Shown: positions 30,318-38,164 of the stretch, piece by piece | Numbering within the stretch: position 1 is the first letter of the stretch | Layout: every line of letters starts with the position of its first letter | IMG/VR virus record: IMGVR_UViG_3300038974_000756 | Coordinates: 1-47,920 of that record | Origin: a virus | Lineage: Duplodnaviria > Caudoviricetes | DNA: 47,920 nt | Reading direction: 5' to 3' (one strand) | Program-made: the position numbers and the translations under genes | The notes under the pieces: generated by a model | Database searches by the model: none | What the model saw: the letters and a program-made list of their open reading frames with translations, nothing else | Told to the model about the DNA's origin: nothing

Positions 30318-30439
30318 AAGATGCACACAGCAAATTAAACACCTCTGGGAGGTAGAGACAGAGGTTCGATTCCTCTAGGCGGTAGCAATGTTCGCATTGT
30401 CGACTTGGTGTAGTGGTAGCACGCTTATAAATGCATCTT
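30318..30439 (+). ncRNA. YrlA-like RNA 1 (ACAGCAA stem + permuted tRNA mimic)
   Basis: AAGATGCA/TGCATCTT closing stem, CACAGCAA, T-arm AGAGG-TTCGATT-CCTCT, then UUCG-capped acceptor-like helix, then D-arm GTGT-AGTGGTA-GCAC. Confidence 0.75.
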
Positions 30440-30519
30440 GTTTTATTTGTCTTTGGCCTATGAACTATCGTTCGTGGGTTTGGGGTTGCCATCGAACCAG
30501 CCTATGCAAATCGGCGGGT

Positions 30520-30621
30520 GGGATTGTGGTCGAGAGGTTTATGACTGACGCAAGCTAAGGCGGGGTGTGGTGCCTGCGACCAATACACCAAGCCACGCAG
30601 GTTCGAATCCTGCCTTCTCTA
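30520..30621 (+). pseudogene. Degenerate type II tRNA (Ser-GCT-like)
   Basis: D-arm GTC-GAGAGGTTTAT-GAC and T-arm GCAGG-TTCGAAT-CCTGC, but poorly paired acceptor and anticodon arms. Confidence 0.45.
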
Positions 30622-30804
30622 AAGGGTGTACATTGGCAGCAAAAGGTAAGCAATGTATGTCGAAACGGAAGAGAGAAAGCTTTCGCCCAGCTTAATTTGT
30701 GGAGGTTGCAAGATGGAGTATTTTGCTGCTTTTACGCTGAGCGGAGTATTACTCGCAGTAGTAATCACGTGGCTGCGATGTAAACTCGACTAGGAGGAAG
30801 GAAA

Positions 30805-31419
30805 ATGTATATTATCGATAGGAATAGAGATTTCTATGATCATTTTTCTCACATATACGGTGTAGACAAAAACATCGTATTCGATCGACGTGGTTCAGAG
30901 ATATTAACCGATAGCAGACTGGCTTGGATAGCAGGTCACCCGTATGCGCGTCGAGATACATATTTCATACTGCTGGAAGCTGGTAACACGCAATATGTTA
31001 TGCGCGTAGCGGATATTCAGGAGGGTGCTTACTGCGATTTCAAATCGTTTACATTATCTCTGGAGAGGACATTCGCAGAGAATAGAAACTTCTTTGGTTC
31101 TCCGTTGAGTATTCACAGAGTAGACGGTAGGAGAGCATGGGCTGCGGAGTATCGTAAGCTTTTGCGGAAAAATTATATTCCTCAGTCTATTGAAGAGGTC
31201 ATTAGATTGGTAGAGAAGGATCATACGAGTGTATATCTTCCTATTCTCAAGAATACGTCGCTTACTAAGTTTCTTGATCCGTTTGAGCTGTGGAAGGCAA
31301 TCAACACGTATATATCCTCTCTTGGTAATGATAAAGATGTAAGCCTTCACATGAGTGAGGAAGACAAAGCTGCTATACACGGCTTTGATAGGCACTCGTT
31401 TAGGCATCCTACTAAATAG
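30805..31419 (+). CDS. Conserved hypothetical phage protein
   Basis: MYIIDRNRDFYD...HGFDRHSFRHP; AGGAGG RBS. Confidence 0.7.
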   Translation: MYIIDRNRDFYDHFSHIYGVDKNIVFDRRGSEILTDSRLAWIAGHPYARRDTYFILLEAGNTQYVMRVADIQEGAYCDFKSFTLSLERTFAENRNFFGSPLSIHRVDGRRAWAAEYRKLLRKNYIPQSIEEVIRLVEKDHTSVYLPILKNTSLTKFLDPFELWKAINTYISSLGNDKDVSLHMSEEDKAAIHGFDRHSFRHPTK

Positions 31420-31421
31420 CT

Positions 31422-31889
31422 ATGGAACAACAAGTATACATGGATTTAGCAGAGTACGTTGCAGGTGGGAAGCCTCTAGAGATATCACAGGAGCTTATCT
31501 CGCTAGTGAAGAAGTATGGAGCATTTCGTAGATACTCCTATTTGTACCGTATATGGTTATCTGTAGATGCCGACAAGGTGCTGCAACATGCACAAGCTGG
31601 GAGATCGTTTGCTGTACAAAGAACTCATGCATGCACTAAAAGCTGGAAGGCTATTAAAGAAATGTATGAGGAAGAGGGCTACGAAGGATATCCCGTACTT
31701 GTTACGAAATATACTGATATCGTAGGCTTTGATCCAATGGAAGTGTTACGTAATGGTATACAGCTTGCTAGCAGTGAGGCCTCCTTTGTAAAGCGGGCTA
31801 TCATGATGCATGAGTTTCAGAAAGAAATATGTACAGTACAGCCCATTACTAAAATTCGCAAAGAAGACATTTATACAGTATTAAATTAA
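31422..31889 (+). CDS. Hypothetical protein
   Basis: 155-aa ORF 2 nt after previous stop. Confidence 0.6.
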   Translation: MEQQVYMDLAEYVAGGKPLEISQELISLVKKYGAFRRYSYLYRIWLSVDADKVLQHAQAGRSFAVQRTHACTKSWKAIKEMYEEEGYEGYPVLVTKYTDIVGFDPMEVLRNGIQLASSEASFVKRAIMMHEFQKEICTVQPITKIRKEDIYTVLN

Positions 31890-31894
31890 TAAGA

Positions 31895-32015
31895 AAGACA
31901 TCAACAGCAAATTAACACGGTGAAAAACGGCGCATGCAGGTTCAAATCCTGTCACTTCCTAACCCGAAGTGTGGTTTAATTGGGAAAACAGCTGTTCGTA
32001 TAAGAATGGTGTCTT
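31895..32015 (+). ncRNA. YrlA-like RNA 2 (ACAGCAA stem + permuted tRNA mimic)
   Basis: AAGACATC/GGTGTCTT stem, AACAGCAA, T-arm GCAGG-TTCAAAT-CCTGT, acceptor-like CACTTC-CTAACCC-GAAGTG, TG, D-arm GTTT-AATTGGGA-AAAC. Confidence 0.8.
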
Positions 32016-32023
32016 GTGGTTTT

Positions 32024-32098
32024 GGACTAGTAGTGCAATTGGCCAACACACCTCCCCTTCAAGGACGGAGATTGCGGGATCGTACCCCGCCTAGTCTA
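32024..32098 (+). tRNA. tRNA-Glu(TTC), C33, bulged anticodon stem
   Basis: GGACTAG/CTAGTCT-A; CCTCC-CCTTCAA-GGA(C)GG. Confidence 0.75.
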
Positions 32099-32101
32099 TT
32101 T

Positions 32102-32183
32102 ACAGCAGCAGCTCAATAGCCTGATCAGCTATGGGTGTCCAGGCGGTATCCTAGGAAATGAGGTTCGATTCCTTTGCTGCTGT
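32102..32183 (+). ncRNA. Atypical tRNA-like RNA
   Basis: ACAGCAGC/GCTGCTGT stem, extended D-like arm ATAGC/GCTAT, GAGG-TTCGATT-CCTT T-arm, no canonical anticodon loop. Confidence 0.55.
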
Positions 32184-32191
32184 TTATTTTT

Positions 32192-32264
32192 GGTTCCATA
32201 GTTTATTTGGTTAAAACACAAGATTGTCGATCTTGAGTGCGGGATTCGAACTCCCGTGGAACCG
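32192..32264 (+). tRNA. tRNA-Asp(GTC)
   Basis: GGTTCCA/TGGAACC-G; CAAGA-TTGTCGA-TCTTG. Confidence 0.9.
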
Positions 32265-32322
32265 CTTCTATTTTGTATGGTTGGCCGGGTCGGGTCGATG
32301 ACGATAGCCTTACAAATTATTT

Positions 32323-32394
32323 TGCCCAGTAGTTCAGCAGCGGAACGTGTGACTGTTAATCACAATGTCGGAGGGGCAGCACCTCCCTGGGCAG
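32323..32394 (+). tRNA. tRNA-Asn(GTT), non-canonical T-loop
   Basis: TGCCCAG/CTGGGCA-G; TGTGA-CTGTTAA-TCACA; GGAGG-GGCAGCA-CCTCC. Confidence 0.85.
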
Positions 32395-32445
32395 TTAAAC
32401 TCACGCTTTTCACAGACCACTGCTCGCCCTTTGTACATATTAAAT

Positions 32446-33201
32446 ATGAAGTGTAAGCATTGTGGAAAAGATATGAGACCTTGCAACTTAGTCAAGCACG
32501 AGAAAGTCTGCAAAAACAGAAGAAAAGAGGCAACTACCTCCTCGCTCAAGTTTGAACAAGTAGATAATAAATTTAAATGCCCTGTATGTGGAAGTCTGCG
32601 TTCTAAGCAAGGCATAAAAAATCACTATTGGAGATCTCACACAGAAGAAGGGAGAGAATTTGTGATGGCGCAGGCTATGAAACGCAAGCCCTCTAATCAA
32701 TACATAAAAGCAGCGGAGCTTAGCCTTCCTCCTCCTCGCTTGACAGAGTCTGCACGTAAAAAGATTTCTCTTCAAAATAAAAAAAGAACTCGCGAATGGC
32801 GTATTGAGAATGGTAAAAAAGTATCCGCAACAATTCATGAAAAAGTAGCTAGAGGAGAATGGCATACTTCCCTGGCCAAGAGAATGCACTATTCTTACAA
32901 TGGTGTGGATCTTCATGGAAAATGGGAACTTGCTTACGCGATGTTCCTAGATCGAAAAGAAATAACCTGGAAAAGATGTAAGGATAGGTTTGCCTACGAG
33001 TTCGAAGGAAAATCAAGATTTTACACGCCAGATTTTTACCTACCCAAAACAAAGGAATATGTAGAAATCAAGGGATATAAAACAAAAAAAGATGAAGCCA
33101 AGTGGTCACAATTTCCTCATACTCTGCTGGTGTTAAGAGGAAGAGAGCTAAAGCTGTTGCTAGCTGAATTTGAAGATTTAAATAGCATGGTCAAGCTTTA
33201 A
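32446..33201 (+). CDS. Zinc-finger PD-(D/E)XK endonuclease (homing-type)
   Basis: CKHCGK and CPVCG..H...H zinc fingers; HGKWELAY...YTPDFYL...YVEIKGY. Confidence 0.8.
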   Translation: MKCKHCGKDMRPCNLVKHEKVCKNRRKEATTSSLKFEQVDNKFKCPVCGSLRSKQGIKNHYWRSHTEEGREFVMAQAMKRKPSNQYIKAAELSLPPPRLTESARKKISLQNKKRTREWRIENGKKVSATIHEKVARGEWHTSLAKRMHYSYNGVDLHGKWELAYAMFLDRKEITWKRCKDRFAYEFEGKSRFYTPDFYLPKTKEYVEIKGYKTKKDEAKWSQFPHTLLVLRGRELKLLLAEFEDLNSMVKL

Positions 33202-33236
33202 GAAACGAATATAGAAAAGTTTTAAAACATAAAAAC

Positions 33237-33321
33237 GGGGAATGATCCTTGCGGGCGACTGTAAATCGCTTGACCTATATATGCAAGGTGGTGTCAGGTG
33301 ATTCGATTCCTCCATTCCCCA
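33237..33321 (+). tRNA. tRNA-Tyr(GTA), D-arm-less with long variable region
   Basis: GGGGAAT/ATTCCCC-A; GGCGA-CTGTAAA-TCGCT; only about 10 nt between acceptor and anticodon arm. Confidence 0.7.
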
Positions 33322-33329
33322 TAATACTT

Positions 33330-33401
33330 TGCGGGTTAGGCTAATTGGCAAACCATCTGCCTCTGGAGCAGATATTCTTCGTTCAAGTCGAAGCCCCGTA
33401 G
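33330..33401 (+). tRNA. tRNA-Gln(CTG)
   Basis: TCTGC-CTCTGGA-GCAGA; CTTCG-TTCAAGT-CGAAG. Confidence 0.85.
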
Positions 33402-33403
33402 TT

Positions 33404-33423
33404 AAGACATCGTTAGGTGTCTT
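33404..33423 (+). repeat. Stem-only copy of the YrlA-like RNA 2 closing helix
   Basis: AAGACATC-GTTA-GGTGTCTT; arms identical to 31895-31902 and 32008-32015. Confidence 0.55.
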
Positions 33424-33426
33424 CTT

Positions 33427-33497
33427 TGGCTTGTGGTGTAATGGTAGCACGAAAGTCTTTGGCACTTTATGCGGGAGTTCAAATCTCTCCAAGCCAG
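33427..33497 (+). tRNA. tRNA-Gln(TTG)
   Basis: TGGCTTG/CAAGCCA-G; AAAGT-CTTTGGC-ACTTT. Confidence 0.9.
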
Positions 33498-33507
33498 TCG
33501 TTATATT

Positions 33508-33578
33508 GGGTCTGTGGTGTAATGGTATCATAAGAAGCTCCAAACTCTTTGATCCCTGCTCGATCCGGGGTGGACCTG
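33508..33578 (+). tRNA. tRNA-Trp(CCA)
   Basis: GGGTCTG/TGGACCT-G; loop CTCCAAA. Confidence 0.8.
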
Positions 33579-33599
33579 TTCTTAAAAAGGAGACTTAAT

Positions 33600-33959
33600 A
33601 TGAGAGAGTTGACAGAAGAGGATAGGAAAAACATTGAAGAACTTATCACAAACAAAACTGTGGGCTGCGAGTTTCTTGTCACGCCTCTCAAATGGCCCCA
33701 GAGGTTAGTTATAACCGATGATCTGTTTAACGCCGAGAAAGAACATATTCTCATAGAGAGAGGGCAACGGCCGGCTATAGACCCCTATCATAGTGAAGAA
33801 GATGTTAAGCGTCTTGCTGGACCATATGTGGCTGTAGGGAACGTTTCCCCAAAAGACTTTTCTATCCTGGCTTTGGTTATGGCGCGAAAAAAGAGCTATA
33901 TCTTCGACTCTCGTGAAGGAGCATTTCAATGGATTATGAGTCCATTTAAGGAGAATTAA
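33600..33959 (+). CDS. Hypothetical protein
   Basis: AGGAG before ATG 33600. Confidence 0.6.
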   Translation: MRELTEEDRKNIEELITNKTVGCEFLVTPLKWPQRLVITDDLFNAEKEHILIERGQRPAIDPYHSEEDVKRLAGPYVAVGNVSPKDFSILALVMARKKSYIFDSREGAFQWIMSPFKEN

Positions 33960-33960
33960 T

Positions 33961-34170
33961 ATGCAAGAAATTGATGCAAGTAAATCAAGTAACATTGAAA
34001 AGATTTCGTATGATGGAGAACACATGAAAGTGTACTTCCGCAGTGGAGGAGTATATCAATATGAAGGCGTAGATGGTGATTTGTTTGGTAGATTCGCTGA
34101 TGCTGATTCATTTGGTAAGTTCTTCTTGCAAGAAATAAAAGGAAAGTTTCCTTTTAAACGATTGACATAA
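33961..34170 (+). CDS. KTSC domain protein
   Basis: SSNIEKISYD..VYFRSGGVYQYEGV....ADSFGKFF..IKG. Confidence 0.9.
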   Translation: MQEIDASKSSNIEKISYDGEHMKVYFRSGGVYQYEGVDGDLFGRFADADSFGKFFLQEIKGKFPFKRLT

Positions 34171-34174
34171 TTTT

Positions 34175-34245
34175 GGGCCGTTGGGAGAAAAGTTATCTAG
34201 TGGGCTCTTACCCCACCTAAGCAAGGGCAGTACTTGCACGGCTCT
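34175..34245 (+). tRNA. tRNA-Lys(CTT), non-canonical T-loop
   Basis: GGGCCGT/ACGGCTC-T; GTGGG-CTCTTAC-CCCAC; GCAAG-GGCAGTA-CTTGC. Confidence 0.85.
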
Positions 34246-34251
34246 CTTTTT

Positions 34252-34322
34252 GGACGGTTAGGAAAGAAGTTATCCATTGGGCTTTTAACCCAACGAGCTG
34301 GGGGCAGTACCCAGACCGTTCA
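34252..34322 (+). tRNA. tRNA-Lys(TTT), non-canonical T-loop
   Basis: GGACGGT/ACCGTTC-A; TTGGG-CTTTTAA-CCCAA; CTGGG-GGCAGTA-CCCAG. Confidence 0.85.
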
Positions 34323-34518
34323 TCTTTTTGGGAGTGAACCCAGCCGGTTGCAGGGACCAAGCTGATAACTTGGTATAGAATGGTGGTGGCTTTGATAGTG
34401 TCACATACTACGACAATAATGGAGTGAAGGATAGCACAGGAACCTTTATCACCTACCAAGGGCTGTTTGAAGTTGGCGAACGTGAGAACGGTGAGCCGTG
34501 CGGTGTGAAGGAGGAAGT

Positions 34519-34773
34519 ATGACTGAGATGATGAAGAGGTATGAGACGAAAGTTAAGGAATATATAAAAAAAGTAGTAGAAGATGACAGTTGCGGAATAT
34601 TCTGTCCGCCTACTGATGCACAGACAGGATTGAATGTATTAATTAATCACTTTCTTGGTGAGGATTGGTATGTAGTTAGTCCGGTGTCTCCAAAGCAGGT
34701 AAACACAGAAGCAATCTTAGAAATATTATATCGGTATCCAAAACCCAGAATTAGAAAGTGGTTTAAAAAATAG
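34519..34773 (+). CDS. Conserved small phage protein inside the tRNA-Ile insertion
   Basis: GIFCPPTDAQ...FLGEDWYVVSP..QVNTEA motif; GGAGG RBS. Confidence 0.65.
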   Translation: MTEMMKRYETKVKEYIKKVVEDDSCGIFCPPTDAQTGLNVLINHFLGEDWYVVSPVSPKQVNTEAILEILYRYPKPRIRKWFKK

Positions 34774-34961
34774 GAGAGGGCATGAAAAATCAGACACTAG
34801 AGCAGGTTCGGCAGAAATGCCTCAAGGCTTTCCAGATGGAACAAAGCCAAGTGGAAAGCCTTCTTGTGGAGGATCTATAAATACAGGATTTCGATGTATG
34901 AAATGTGGAAAACAATATCATCCTAAATCAAATAATAGCTCAGTAACAAAGGTAGATTAAA

Positions 34962-35159
34962 ATGAAATGCACATGGAAGAATTGTGAAAATGAAGGCATT
35001 GAAGACCAGGTAGGAAAAGATGGAAAAGTATGGGCTTGTCTCTGTGAAAAGCATAAAGAAGAATTTGATTCTGCCTTTAAAGAAGCAAATGCAAAAACAA
35101 TTTTAAGAGCCTGGGTTCTTGCCAATGGTGGTGCTGATGAACTCATGAAAAAAAGCTAG
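34962..35159 (+). CDS. Small zinc-binding hypothetical protein inside the insertion
   Basis: CTWKNC...CEKH. Confidence 0.5.
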   Translation: MKCTWKNCENEGIEDQVGKDGKVWACLCEKHKEEFDSAFKEANAKTILRAWVLANGGADELMKKS

Positions 35160-35257
35160 AAAATATGAAAGAGTCTATAATGTTCGACTCATTACACTCC
35201 TATTTGCCCTTTACACTTTTTTTGTTATATTATATGTGTAAGGAGAATTACCCGATT

Positions 35258-35590
35258 ATGATGTATAAAAAAGTTTTTTCTAGAGAAGAGATCGCCGGAT
35301 ACGAAAATCACTACAATCGCTGGCCAAAAGACATGAAAGAAATAACCCTCGACGAGTATTTTGCTCGCAAGAGTTTGTATTCCTGGCAATACGTTGATAG
35401 CAAACAACCCACAGAAAAGTTTGAAGGGATTTCATATTCTACTGCTCACCTCGAATTCGGAGAATGGTACGGAGAGGTATTTGGGAGCATCGCCGCTGAA
35501 ACACGAGAAGGAGAATGGAAGTTTTTTAAATTTGGAGATAGTTCAAAATTGGACAATTGGAGAATAGCTACTTTTGGTAAAGACGGTTGA
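35258..35590 (+). CDS. Hypothetical protein
   Basis: Promoter motif and AAGGAG upstream of ATG 35258. Confidence 0.55.
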   Translation: MMYKKVFSREEIAGYENHYNRWPKDMKEITLDEYFARKSLYSWQYVDSKQPTEKFEGISYSTAHLEFGEWYGEVFGSIAAETREGEWKFFKFGDSSKLDNWRIATFGKDG

Positions 35591-35598
35591 TATTTCTT

Positions 35599-35671
35599 GG
35601 TGGAATTGGCAGAGAAGTTATGCGCCAGACTGTGGATCTGGTTTAGATCGGGGCAGTACCGATATTTCACC
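35599..35671 (+). tRNA. tRNA-His(GTG) with encoded G-1, non-canonical T-loop
   Basis: G-GTGGAAT/ATTTCAC-C; CCAGA-CTGTGGA-TCTGG; ATCGG-GGCAGTA-CCGAT. Confidence 0.85.
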
Positions 35672-35688
35672 CTTTAAGAAGGTTTAAA

Positions 35689-36057
35689 ATGGAAAGGGAA
35701 TCTATTGCTGATGCGTATGAAAATACCGCTCATGTAACTCCAGGGACCACACAATTCGTAAAGTTTTCAAGCGGGGATGTTTGGAGAATTGCTGAAAACA
35801 AAAAGGATCTAGTAGTAATGGATGTGCTCGAGGAAAAAGAGAGCCTTACGTTTGATCTTGTGTTTTGGAAGCCCAAGGGAGAAAGCACCAACAGAATAAG
35901 CCTTTCTCCTGCAGATGGTGTTCTTCGCTTCGCTAGCGGTGCTGCGTGGAAAATCACAGAGACAGAAAATTCATACGATGTCTCTGAAATCACTCACGAG
36001 GATGTAGAGGGTAAAACGCAGATAGTGTTAAAGCCTCTGTTTAGTAAACAAAAATAG
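35689..36057 (+). CDS. Hypothetical protein with internal duplication
   Basis: KFSSGDVWRIAE / RFASGAAWKITE repeat. Confidence 0.6.
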   Translation: MERESIADAYENTAHVTPGTTQFVKFSSGDVWRIAENKKDLVVMDVLEEKESLTFDLVFWKPKGESTNRISLSPADGVLRFASGAAWKITETENSYDVSEITHEDVEGKTQIVLKPLFSKQK

Positions 36058-36090
36058 AAACTACGCTCGGTTAACTCAATTGGAAGTCAC

Positions 36091-36166
36091 CCAGCTGTTG
36101 CCTAGCGGCGAAGGCACCTCTTTTACACGGAGGCAATCACCGGAGGTTCGAGTCCTCCCAGCTGGA
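36091..36166 (+). tRNA. tRNA-Val(TAC)
   Basis: CCAGCTG/CAGCTGG-A; CCTCT-TTTACAC-GGAGG. Confidence 0.85.
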
Positions 36167-36219
36167 TATAACTCAGTTTAAGAGCAGCTGCCTCTATAGA
36201 GGTAGCTTACTAATTAATT

Positions 36220-36900
36220 ATGAGAAAACCACGAACTCGATATCGCAAAGAATGCCCCAAATGTGGTGACAGCATAGGAGCAGAGGGATTTAATAGACAC
36301 GTTAAATCTTGTGACGGCATTCCTAAAGCTAAAAAAGTTAAAGCTCTTCCTGGTCGGCCGGGACATAGACCGGGAAATAAAGTATTAAAGGCAAGGCGCT
36401 TAGGGCTACCAGAGCCTATTATGTCAGAGGAGACAAGAGCTAAAATAGGAGCAAGTAGTCGGGGTAGAAGGCATACCCTGGAATCTCGTCAAAAAATTTC
36501 TCTGGCTAGGGCCACACAAATAGAAGAAATGGGGGGAGACCGGGGAGGATTTCGGCAAGTTAAAAATTATCCTGTACTCAACAATCTTGGAGAGCTTTAC
36601 ATATGCAAAGGTATGTGGGAACGAGATGTGGCTGAGTGGCTAAATAATCAGGGTATTATATGGGTCCGAAAAATATACATCTCTTATATGCTTGATAGCG
36701 GTCCTAAAACATATATTCCTGATTTTTATATACCAGCAAAAAACCTCTATATAGAAGTAAAGGGCTATTTTGGGGATTATGACAAAAGAAAAATGAAGGC
36801 TGTGGTGGATCAATCAGGTATACATCTTAGCTATATTTTTCAAGAACAAATTAATGCTATTCGTAAAGGAAACTTTGATTTTGAAAGCCTATGCAAGTAG
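36220..36900 (+). CDS. NUMOD3-containing PD-(D/E)XK endonuclease (homing-type)
   Basis: CPKCG, SEETRAKIG..GRRHTLESRQKIS, KGMWERDVA, YIPDFYI...YIEVKGY; ACTAAT motif upstream. Confidence 0.8.
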   Translation: MRKPRTRYRKECPKCGDSIGAEGFNRHVKSCDGIPKAKKVKALPGRPGHRPGNKVLKARRLGLPEPIMSEETRAKIGASSRGRRHTLESRQKISLARATQIEEMGGDRGGFRQVKNYPVLNNLGELYICKGMWERDVAEWLNNQGIIWVRKIYISYMLDSGPKTYIPDFYIPAKNLYIEVKGYFGDYDKRKMKAVVDQSGIHLSYIFQEQINAIRKGNFDFESLCK

Positions 36901-36931
36901 GTTATCCGATGCGCTTTGGTAAAAAAGTAAT

Positions 36932-37004
36932 GGAAAGGTACATCAGTTGGTAGATGGGCACACTGAAAATGTGATGGGCGGCAGTTCGATTCTGCCCCTT
37001 TCCA
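36932..37004 (+). tRNA. tRNA-Phe(GAA)
   Basis: GGAAAGG/CCTTTCC-A; CACA-CTGAAAA-TGTG. Confidence 0.9.
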
Positions 37005-37227
37005 TAAGGAGGAAGCATTTGCGAAGTATGACAATTCAGATGATCTTCTAGACACCGTGAGACCTGCCCTTAGAGAGCAAGTAATCGAAGTGATTAAAGC
37101 AGCGGAGAAGGCTATGAATGGTGAGCCTATCGACCTTCCTGAGCTGGTTATTAATAGAATCCCTCAAGAGGCTATTGATAATTACTGGGAGGATGTGCTA
37201 AAGAAGCGCAGCATATAGTACAATCTT

Positions 37228-37298
37228 GCTGACTTAGTATAGTGGTAGTACGAGTTCCTAGTACGGACTAGGCACTAGTTCAATTCTAGTAGTTGGCT
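37228..37298 (+). tRNA. tRNA-Thr(AGT), A34
   Basis: GCTGACT/AGTTGGC-T; AGTTC-CTAGTAC-GGACT. Confidence 0.8.
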
Positions 37299-37311
37299 TA
37301 GGGAGGCATCA

Positions 37312-37593
37312 ATGAGTAGAAGCATAAAGAAATTTCCTGCAATAACCGACTGGTCAAAACACGAGACAAGAAAGCGTAAACGACGTGCCAGCAAAAAAGT
37401 ACGGCGTGCTGAGGACTTTGCTCTTGATGGCGGAAAATACAAACACGTTTTTTGCTCGTACGATATCTTCGATATTAAACAAGTGGAATTTGATTATAAA
37501 AAGACATTACGATGTAATCCTCGCTGGGATGAAGATGAAATCGATCCTCGCTTTTCTTTAGAGAAAAGTATGAGAAGGTGGAAACGGAAGTAG
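37312..37593 (+). CDS. Small basic conserved phage protein (MSRS family)
   Basis: MSRSIKKFP...KRRASKKVRR...YKHVFCSYDIFD; GGAGG RBS. Confidence 0.7.
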   Translation: MSRSIKKFPAITDWSKHETRKRKRRASKKVRRAEDFALDGGKYKHVFCSYDIFDIKQVEFDYKKTLRCNPRWDEDEIDPRFSLEKSMRRWKRK

Positions 37594-37615
37594 GGTTTTC
37601 TTATATTATAGGTAC

Positions 37616-37694
37616 GGCGCAGTATCACCCCCGCCTTCTAAGCGGTCGTCAATCGTGTAGTTGGAGTACGCTGGTTCGAATCCAGCCTGCGTCA
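37616..37694 (+). tRNA. tRNA-Arg(TCT), D-arm-less with long variable region
   Basis: GGCGCAG/CTGCGTC-A; CCGC-CTTCTAA-GCGG; GCTGG-TTCGAAT-CCAGC. Confidence 0.7.
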
Positions 37695-37700
37695 AGTAAA

Positions 37701-37773
37701 CAGCAGGTAACCAAGTGGTTAAGGTGGCTCTCTGCAAAGGAGTTTTTCGTGGGTTCGAATCCCTCCCTGTTGT
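37701..37773 (+). tRNA. tRNA-Cys(GCA)
   Basis: CAGCAGG/CCTGTTG-T (U73); GCTCT-CTGCAAA-GGAGT. Confidence 0.85.
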
Positions 37774-37944
37774 CTTATACTTAACAACGTGGATGCAACC
37801 GGCAAGTTGATAAAGCGTTGGGAAGCATCGTCCAGTGTTGCCGCACAAAAGCACGCTCTATTTGACATGGAGAAGAGGGGGTTTGGGCGTCCTGTCGCTT
37901 CGGTTGTAACCGACGAAGTGTAGTAGTGCTTCCGAGTTTTTTAT

Positions 37945-38020
37945 GCTCCGGAACTCAAGCTGGTTGCAAGGGCCTGCCTTATAAGCAGAGTTTAGGAAAG
38001 TTCGATTCTTTCACGGAGTA
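37945..38020 (+). tRNA. tRNA-Ile(TAT)
   Basis: GCTCCG/CGGAGT-A; CTGC-CTTATAA-GCAG; GAAAG-TTCGATT-CTTTC. Confidence 0.8.
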
Positions 38021-38164
38021 AATAATTAGTAATAGGGGCAACCTTCATAATATCAACGATAAAAAGTATCCTGCGTATAGCAGGATATCTTGCAGCCCTA
38101 TTAAATTTTACTGCAGGAATGGTTATATTAGTTGTAGCAGAAGTATTAGGGGTTATTGAGGAAA

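Larger units (their letters stand above)
34330..35202 (+). pseudogene. tRNA-Ile(GAT) split by an 800-bp insertion
   Basis: 5' part 34330-34382 (GGGAGTG, D-arm, CCAAG-CTGATAA-CTTGG, ..AATG); 3' part 35176-35202 (TAATG-TTCGACT-CATTA, CACTCCT-A) pairs with GGGAGTG. Confidence 0.75.

Noticed and set aside
27912-30783. Track ORFs across the RNA-dense region (e.g. 28508-28900, 28994-29233, 29485-29739)
   Set aside because: They overlap or are antisense to tRNAs and lack RBS or protein-like composition.
30623-30793. Another CAGCAA element
   Set aside because: No closing helix of the family; better explained as a small hydrophobic ORF after GGAGG.
32024-32098. Opal/Sec tRNA(TCA)
   Set aside because: Best stem register centres TTC; no long variable arm or Sec features; TGA is used as stop.
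32274-32318. tRNA-Val(TAC) gene
   Set aside because: Only a 5'-half-like fragment ending CTTACAA; no 3' anticodon strand or T-arm.
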